From Candidatus Hydrogenedentota bacterium (GTDB taxonomy: Bacteria; Hydrogenedentota; Hydrogenedentia; Hydrogenedentales; CAITNO01): a stretch of 64,000 nt of DNA. The DNA lies in NCBI GenBank assembly GCA_022706235.1, contig JAKJCY010000001.1:19592-83591 (forward strand), in the 5' to 3' direction. The position numbers were made by a program, and so were the translations under genes. Of this stretch, positions 57,650 through 64,000 are shown in pieces; the stretch's first letter is position 1; each line of letters starts with the position of its first letter. The notes beneath the pieces are model-generated. The model was not told where the DNA came from, did not search any database, and saw only the letters and a list, made by a program, of their open reading frames with translations.

Positions 57650-60319
57650 TCATGCCTCCTTATCCCGGGTTCCTGCGCTCTTGCGGCCTCGGGGCGCCGT
57701 CTTTCTTTTTGCGCCGGCTTTTCGTGTGGAGGGACGTTTGGTTTTTTCCCGCTGCGAGGCGTCTTGTATCAACTGCAGTGCCTGGTCCAGCTCGACTTGT
57801 TCCACAGAGACGGTTTTGGGCAAAGATGCGTTCGTGCTTCCATCGGTAACATACGGACCATATCTCCCTTCATACAATTCAATGGCAGGAGCATCTTCCG
57901 TCTTCTCGCGAAGGGTTCGTAACAATTTTTTGGCACCCCGCTTGGGTTTGGGCTGTGCAAGCATTGCCAGTGCTTCTTCCAGCGTGATCTTGAACATCAA
58001 GGCGCCGTCCAGACTCCTAAAATCGCCGTCATGAACAACATAGGGACCAAAACGTCCAACGCTTACCGCAACAGAGTTGTTCGTCTCGGGGTGTTTTCCC
58101 AATATCCGAGGCAAACTGAGCAATTGCAGCGCTTTTTCAAGCGAGACATCCTCGGGTTTCATGCCTCGGGGCAGGCCGATACGTTTTGGTTTCTTTTCTT
58201 CCTCTTCACCGCCCAGCTGCACATAAGGCCCATACGGTCCTTCCAGCAGGAATACTTTCTTGCCGGTTTGCGGACATATGCCCAAGCCTTCTTTTTGCGC
58301 GGCCCTGTTGTTGAACATCTCTTCCGCCTTGGTCTCGGTCAATTCATCATAATACAGTTTTTCGGGAATTGAAGCTACTTCCCCATTTTCCCCGGAACCA
58401 CGCTGAAGAAAGGGAACCGTTTTGCCCAGACGCACCACAATGCTGCGTCCTGATGCATCCTTTCCCACCGGAATCACAGGAAAATCAATGGTTTCCAAGG
58501 ATTGGTCCACGCGCGGTTTCAGTCCCTCCTCATTCTTTTCTTTTCCGCCATAATAGAAGCCGCGAAGGAAAGACAGCCAATCCTGCTGCCCTTCCGCGAT
58601 GGCGTCAAGAATATCTTCCATGTTCGCGGTAAATCCAAGGTCCACATATTCAGAAAAATGCTCACGCAGGAGAAAGGTTACGGCGATTCCCAGATAGGTC
58701 GGCGCCAATGCGGTGCCGATGCGTTCCACATAGCCGCGCTGTTGAATGACCGCCACGGTCGGTGCGTAAGTGGAAGGCCTTCCTATCCCCTCTTCTTCCA
58801 GTCTGCGCACCAGGGAGGCTTCCGTATAGCGGGCAGGCGCCTGGGTTTCATGCGGTACAGGCTCAAAGCGATTCAGTTGGATATCCGCCCCCGTGTTTGC
58901 GGCAATGGCCATACCCGGGGTAATTCGCGGCAGTTCCCCCTCTTTCTGACGGTCATTCATGACGCGTAGAAAGCCGGGAAATACCACGAGGGCGCCTGCC
59001 GCCCGAAGCAGGCCTGTCTGCGTCGCACCCTTCGCCTCGATATCCACCGCAGTACGCATGATTTTGGCATCCGCCATCTGGGACGCGACGGCTCGATTCC
59101 AAATGATGCGATAAAGGCGGATCTCATCCTTGTTCAAGAATGCGGCAACGTCGTCCGGTGTTAAATGGATATGCGTGGGCCGGATCGCTTCGTGCGCCTC
59201 CTGGGCCATCTTCGACTTGGTTGTATATTGACGGCGCGCATGGTATGCTTCGCCGTACACACGGCGGATGTAAGCGCCTGCATCCTGAAGCGCTTTCTCG
59301 CTTAAGACAACCGAGTCCGTTCGCATGTAGGTGATAAGGCCTTCGCGACCGCCTTCTCCCATGTCCACGCCTTCATATAGTTTCTGGGCCAACTGCATCG
59401 TTTTCCGGGGGGAAAATCCGAGCAGACTGCTGGCGGCCTGTTGAAGAGTGGAAGTGATAAAAGGTGGATAGGGGCGCTGGGTCGTTTCTTTCTCTTCCAC
59501 GGCGGCGACCTTCCACGGCAGTCCTCGGTGGAGCTCATCAATCAGCGTCTTCACCCTGTTTTCATCCAGCCATACCGGCCCGTCGCCACTGCTTTCCTTG
59601 AGTCCACCTGTGGCGGGGTCAAAATCCTTGCCACCGGCGACTCGACGCCCGTCCACGGAGACCAAGGCGGCTTTGAACGTCGTGCCATCGCGGGCCAATT
59701 CCGCTTCCGCGTCCCAGTAGGCCGCCTTACAAAAAGCCCGCCGGTCCTCTTCCCGTTCGACCACAAGACGGAGGGCGACGCTTTGTACTCGCCCGGCGCT
59801 CAATTTGCTGCGCACCTTGCGCCACAGGACGGGCGATAATTCATACCCGAACAACCGGTCCAGAATACGACGGGTCTCCTGGGCGCGCACCAATTGATCA
59901 TTGACGGAACGGGGTGACCGCATGGCCTCCTCGATGGCAGTGCGGGTGATCTCATGAAAGGCGATGCGCTTCACCGGCACCTTGGGTTTCAATACTTCCA
60001 GCAAGTGCCAACTGATGGATTCCCCTTCACGATCCTCGTCGGTGGCCAGAATGACTTCGTCAGCATCCTTGCAGTACTTTTTAAGTTCCGCTATCTGGTG
60101 ACGGCTTTCCTTTTGCACTACATATATGGCGGAAAAATCACCTTCCACATTGACGCCAAGGCGCGACCAGTTCTCTTTTTTTAAAGCCCCCGGTATTTCA
60201 CTGGCCGATTTGGGCAAGTCTCGAACATGCCCATAACTGGCAAGAACTTTGTAGTCCGCGCCCAGAAACTTCCCGATGGTGGCCGCTTTTGCAGGGGATT
60301 CGACAATTACAAGCTTCAA
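57650..60319 (-). CDS. topA: DNA topoisomerase I
   Basis: KLVIVESPAKA (Toprim), ITYMRTDS (active-site Tyr region), and C-terminal repeats GPYGPYVQ / GRFGPYV / GRYGPYVT. The start codon is TTG. Confidence 0.95.
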   Translation of the reverse strand: MKLVIVESPAKAATIGKFLGADYKVLASYGHVRDLPKSASEIPGALKKENWSRLGVNVEGDFSAIYVVQKESRHQIAELKKYCKDADEVILATDEDREGESISWHLLEVLKPKVPVKRIAFHEITRTAIEEAMRSPRSVNDQLVRAQETRRILDRLFGYELSPVLWRKVRSKLSAGRVQSVALRLVVEREEDRRAFCKAAYWDAEAELARDGTTFKAALVSVDGRRVAGGKDFDPATGGLKESSGDGPVWLDENRVKTLIDELHRGLPWKVAAVEEKETTQRPYPPFITSTLQQAASSLLGFSPRKTMQLAQKLYEGVDMGEGGREGLITYMRTDSVVLSEKALQDAGAYIRRVYGEAYHARRQYTTKSKMAQEAHEAIRPTHIHLTPDDVAAFLNKDEIRLYRIIWNRAVASQMADAKIMRTAVDIEAKGATQTGLLRAAGALVVFPGFLRVMNDRQKEGELPRITPGMAIAANTGADIQLNRFEPVPHETQAPARYTEASLVRRLEEEGIGRPSTYAPTVAVIQQRGYVERIGTALAPTYLGIAVTFLLREHFSEYVDLGFTANMEDILDAIAEGQQDWLSFLRGFYYGGKEKNEEGLKPRVDQSLETIDFPVIPVGKDASGRSIVVRLGKTVPFLQRGSGENGEVASIPEKLYYDELTETKAEEMFNNRAAQKEGLGICPQTGKKVFLLEGPYGPYVQLGGEEEEKKPKRIGLPRGMKPEDVSLEKALQLLSLPRILGKHPETNNSVAVSVGRFGPYVVHDGDFRSLDGALMFKITLEEALAMLAQPKPKRGAKKLLRTLREKTEDAPAIELYEGRYGPYVTDGSTNASLPKTVSVEQVELDQALQLIQDASQREKTKRPSTRKAGAKRKTAPRGRKSAGTRDKEA

Positions 60320-60669
60320 AATACAATATCCTTGTGATAAACCGTTCGTTCAATGGACATCACAATAGTGATTGCCCTTTATAATAAAGGAAATGAAAAA
60401 CATCTTTATTGCCACCCACATCCCAATGGCGGGACTATACACCAGAGCCTGCCGTAAAAACAACATTGCCTGTTCTCTTTTTAACGGGTCATACCTTTCA
60501 GTCCTTCCAAGTGCGCATGTACAAATACGGGATAGCGTATGAGCGTCCCTTCTAAACTGTTCTAAATAAACAGACTATATATTGATCACAGGGGTAAATC
60601 TCTGCATAATAGTGGGGTGTCTTATCTTCCCCCTTCGTTTTCAATCCCCCTTGTACAAAGAGAAATCCC

Positions 60670-61548
60670 ATGGAAGCAAGTCTGGAATGTCTGGAATGTA
60701 TCCTGCGACAAACGTTGCGTGCCGCTCGTATTGCTGGAGATGATGTTGATAAACAACGTCAAGCCTTGGATGGGGTTGCCAAAGAAATTCCTTTTATGAA
60801 TTTGAAAAGATCCCCTGCGGAATTGAGTCTTGGCGCCTATCAATTGGTGAACCAAATTTATAATACATGTGATGTATATAAAACAATGAAACTAGAGCAA
60901 AATAAGATGGCGTTGTGTCTGGAAAACGAACTGGAGGAACTGGTCCGCAAAAGTACCGCTCCCCTGGCCACTGCCATCCGTCTGGCCGCTGCGGGCAACA
61001 TCATTGACTTGGGCATACTGCAGGCTCATGAAATAGACCCGCGTGAGGCGATACAACAGGTCCTGAATGGTCCCCTGGCCATCGATCATACGGAATTATT
61101 TTTGCGCGATTTGGAACATTGCGAGGAATTGCTCTATCTGTTGGACAATGCCGGAGAAATTGTCTTCGATAAAGTTCTGATTCGAGAGTTGAAGAAACAT
61201 ACCCGGGTAACCGCAGTCGTGAAAGGGGAACCAATAATCAATGATGCCTGTGTGGAAGATGCGGAACAGGCAGGACTTACCGCCATTTGTGAGGTCATTG
61301 ACAACGGCGGCCCCTTTATCGGCACACCAATCCCCTTGATTAACCCGCACCTGTTGAAACGGATGGAATCGGCGGACATCATCGTGGGCAAAGGCCAGGG
61401 CAACTATGAGACGGTAGATGATTTTAACGGCAATGTTTATCTGCTGTTGAAGATTAAGTGTGAAATTGTGTCGCGGCACAGCGGCGCGCCGTTGGGGTCG
61501 GCTGCCTTCATCTCCACCCGGAAACGCGCGCGCAACAGCGATGACTGA
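60670..61548 (+). CDS. DUF89 (ARMT1-like damage-control phosphatase) family protein
   Basis: N-terminal CLECILRQ, then LDNAGEIVFD and GKGQGNYE, typical of DUF89. Confidence 0.7.
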   Translation: MEASLECLECILRQTLRAARIAGDDVDKQRQALDGVAKEIPFMNLKRSPAELSLGAYQLVNQIYNTCDVYKTMKLEQNKMALCLENELEELVRKSTAPLATAIRLAAAGNIIDLGILQAHEIDPREAIQQVLNGPLAIDHTELFLRDLEHCEELLYLLDNAGEIVFDKVLIRELKKHTRVTAVVKGEPIINDACVEDAEQAGLTAICEVIDNGGPFIGTPIPLINPHLLKRMESADIIVGKGQGNYETVDDFNGNVYLLLKIKCEIVSRHSGAPLGSAAFISTRKRARNSDD

Positions 61549-61557
61549 CAAGGATGC

Positions 61558-62436
61558 TTATTTTTTGCAGGAAGTTGTGCCTAACGGTCCTTGCATCTTC
61601 TTCCATGCCTTCATCGACCGTGTCAGGTGGTCGCGGGCGTCGCCCTCAATACCGTAACATTGCAGGCCGACGGCGCCTTTGTAACCGAGTTTCTTCAACG
61701 TGTCCAGCAGCGTTGCCACGTCAAAATCGCCTCGGTCCAGCGGCTGGAGCCAGTTCCCGGTGCCGTCGCGGATGGCGTCCGCATGGTCCGCGCCGTTGAT
61801 GCTGACGGCTCGCAGATACGGCAGGGCCGACTCCAACAGGGGTTTCAGATTTTCTTCCTGGTCTATTTTCAGCCAATGGCAGAGATTGAACATGACACCC
61901 ACATTGGGCCGGTCAACGAGGCGCGCCAGCCGGACGGCGTCTTCCACCCGTTCCAGCCAGATATCCACGTGGGGATACAGGATGATTTCCGTTCCCGAAT
62001 CCTTGGCCAAATCGGCCAATTCACGAACGATGGTTGTGGCGGGCGCGTCCCCTTTGATATCCGAAGGCGGCATGCCCTCCATCAGCAGGCAAATCTGCAC
62101 GTTGCGCCCGTTGAGCAGCGGCAATACCTCTTTCAGCTTGGGGTCATAGGGCTCCTTGGCCGAGGCGACATTTACCCGGATGGTTATCTGAAATAACTTT
62201 AATCCCTCGGCATCGAGGGTATCCAGGCGCTCTTTGACGTTATCCAGCCACAAATGCCCCACCCCGTCATACCCCAGTTCCTTGAGCAGCGCCGCCTGCT
62301 CCTGCAACGAACGTTTCTCACTGTCATGGGTGTCAATGCAATAGGCGAAGAAAGGAAACACGGGGGGCTCCTCAGTTGTTGACGCTGTGGGCATGGCACA
62401 GAACAGCGCCAATAGCAGCCCTGCAACTGTTTTCAT
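61558..62436 (-). CDS. secreted sugar phosphate isomerase/epimerase-like TIM-barrel protein
   Basis: Signal peptide present. The protein looks xylose-isomerase-like overall (FNLCHWLK, INGAD). Confidence 0.6.
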   Translation of the reverse strand: MKTVAGLLLALFCAMPTASTTEEPPVFPFFAYCIDTHDSEKRSLQEQAALLKELGYDGVGHLWLDNVKERLDTLDAEGLKLFQITIRVNVASAKEPYDPKLKEVLPLLNGRNVQICLLMEGMPPSDIKGDAPATTIVRELADLAKDSGTEIILYPHVDIWLERVEDAVRLARLVDRPNVGVMFNLCHWLKIDQEENLKPLLESALPYLRAVSINGADHADAIRDGTGNWLQPLDRGDFDVATLLDTLKKLGYKGAVGLQCYGIEGDARDHLTRSMKAWKKMQGPLGTTSCKK

Positions 62437-62460
62437 GATGAGATTCCTTTTTTATGGCGC

Positions 62461-63447
62461 TTAGGCACGCCAGGGACGCAGCTCCCGTTTCACATTCTTC
62501 AACACTTCTTTGGCTATACGAACATCTTCCTCGATTTCAAAGTCGAACATGCCCGCCAAAGAAAAGTCGGCGCCGTTCGCAAAAACATATTGGAACGCGT
62601 CCGCGGGCGGAATGGCCCCGGCCGCCATGACTTTAAAGGCAATCCAAGGCTTTTCAACGGCTTTCATCACGTCAATCACCGCCTGGGGATCGTTGCACCA
62701 GTATCCCGGCACCTCGCGGTAAATCTCCGTGATTTCATCGGGCCTGGGGGCGCTGGGGTAATTATGATGGTGAAAGGTCTTGATATAGAAGTCTGTCGGG
62801 ACCCCCTTGTCCTCGCAGGTCTGGACGACACGCAGATCATGCCCGCCCACGCCGGAAGCCAGGCCGAATTCGTGGCCGATTTCCACCGCTTTAATCATGG
62901 CATCCACATTGCCTTCCTGGGTAAGCCGGTCTGCCGTCACCCCCCAGAGGTAGACCGCCTCCGTGCCCATGTCCGCCAGGTCCTTCACCTGTTTCCGATA
63001 AGCATCAGGTTCCTTGTCCACCTGCGCGGTGGGACAGATAATCCACTGCATCTTTCCCCCACGCTCATTGCGATAGCGTTTCAGGGTTTCCATGGCGGCT
63101 GGCACCGTATGTATCACCAGCGTGTTGACGCCATGCTTTTCCGCCACGGCCATGGTGTCCATGATTTTTTCGTCCGTATTGTAATGGGCGCAGAGAGTAT
63201 AGACATATTTCAAATCACGGCTGTGGGTGAAATGGGTGAGGAGATTGCCCCCCAGCAGAATCCGGCTGACCGACAGCTTGCCAATCTTGCCCTGGGGCAG
63301 GCTGCCCTCCGGTTCAAGGTCCACCGGCGCCGGCAAGGCAAGGTCGTCCGCCGCCTTTGCGACAGAGGTCCCCAACGCTGCACCCGCCAGCGCGGTTCCT
63401 AATAATGACTGCTTGACGAACTCACGACGGCTTGACGAAGTATTCAT
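62461..63447 (-). CDS. Tat-signal hypothetical protein
   Basis: Twin-arginine motif SRREFVKQSLLGTALAGAALG. I recognised no family. Confidence 0.5.
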   Translation of the reverse strand: MNTSSSRREFVKQSLLGTALAGAALGTSVAKAADDLALPAPVDLEPEGSLPQGKIGKLSVSRILLGGNLLTHFTHSRDLKYVYTLCAHYNTDEKIMDTMAVAEKHGVNTLVIHTVPAAMETLKRYRNERGGKMQWIICPTAQVDKEPDAYRKQVKDLADMGTEAVYLWGVTADRLTQEGNVDAMIKAVEIGHEFGLASGVGGHDLRVVQTCEDKGVPTDFYIKTFHHHNYPSAPRPDEITEIYREVPGYWCNDPQAVIDVMKAVEKPWIAFKVMAAGAIPPADAFQYVFANGADFSLAGMFDFEIEEDVRIAKEVLKNVKRELRPWRA

Positions 63448-63785
63448 GGCATAATTCCCTTTGTATCTTTTATCTAATAAGAACAGTATCCAAGACCCTA
63501 AACAACTTTGGTATGTTGTTCACGCTTTTAGCGTGCTCTTTTATATAGAGGCATTAGACTAACGCGGGCGCTGCCCGAACAGCAAGCAACAACCAAATTA
63601 ACTGAGCATAAATGGGAACTGTAACCGGCGCGCGATAAGTCTTTATCAATCGGAAACAAACTTGAATCGCGCCGGTTGCTGTCCCCGCTTTTTTGCGGTA
63701 TAAGCGATCAAGACCGAAAAATTGGGGACAGCGATTCATTAGGCTTTGCAGCCTTCCCCATAAACGATTTTTTCTGCGCACATGT

Positions 63786-63959
63786 ATTCAACTTCTTGTT
63801 TTTATAGCGGCTACGAGCCAATAAGCTACCAACGCAGGCGTTACCCGCAACCTGGCTGGTACGTTCTTTGTTGAAGTTTTCGTAGTACCTTAGGCGTGTA
63901 TTTTATCCTGAAAGGATTGAATAACAAAGCCCAGGGTTGCGGTACTCCGCTACCCTGGG
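63786..63959. repeat. composite repeat ending in a family-A core
   Basis: ATTCAACTTCTTGTTTTTATAG (63786-63807) also occurs at 21248-21270. TACCCGCAAC...TTTATCCTGAAAGGAT parallels 21100-21174. The core CCCAGGGTTGCGGTACTCCGCTACCCTGGG ends at 63959. Confidence 0.7.
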
Positions 63960-64000
63960 AGCTGGTGCCGAAATTGCCTCTACCCTGAAAGGGTTATGTA

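Overview
The window looks like 64 kb of bacterial chromosome with about 50 protein-coding genes. All calls come from reading the sequence and ORF track by eye; no searches or computations were run. Housekeeping genes dominate: a minus-strand yicC-gmk-rpoZ-coaBC operon (coaBC runs off the left edge and is missing from the ORF track), dapB, surE, mdh, hisS, a RumA/RlmD-type methyltransferase, topA-thiD, and arfB-like and queD-like genes. Between them are many secreted or Tat-signal enzymes. These include a co-directional glycan-degradation cluster at 21.5-27.9 kb ending in a BNR sialidase, an FGE/SUMF1-type protein, a giant GH13 protein, and several multi-pass membrane proteins with TPR tails. 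I recognised no rRNA, tRNA or CRISPR array. The gene content and the palindromic repeats that create junk ORFs suggest an uncultured PVC- or Hydrogenedentes-like heterotroph, but that is only a guess. The clearly accessory part is 10.3-14.1 kb. It holds an orphan near-consensus promoter in front of a ~135-nt structured segment, an AT-rich decayed prophage or integrative scar (excisionase-like HTH, split phage-like ORF, no integrase), a CX5R phosphatase, and a 1.5-kb gene-free nest of inverted and tandem repeats. Other items worth a second look are a 14-unit 21-bp minisatellite in a convergent intergenic region (28010-28303), two dispersed palindromic element families, a secreted 710-aa protein with two CXXCH motifs, a membrane-anchored protein with a caspase-like His/Cys pair, a HepT/MntA toxin-antitoxin pair, and a co-transcribed pair of unknown function (432-aa coiled-coil protein plus 811-aa membrane/TPR protein). 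I did not find a multi-gene protein system that I can confidently call new. The strongest candidates for undescribed biology are the RNA and repeat features.
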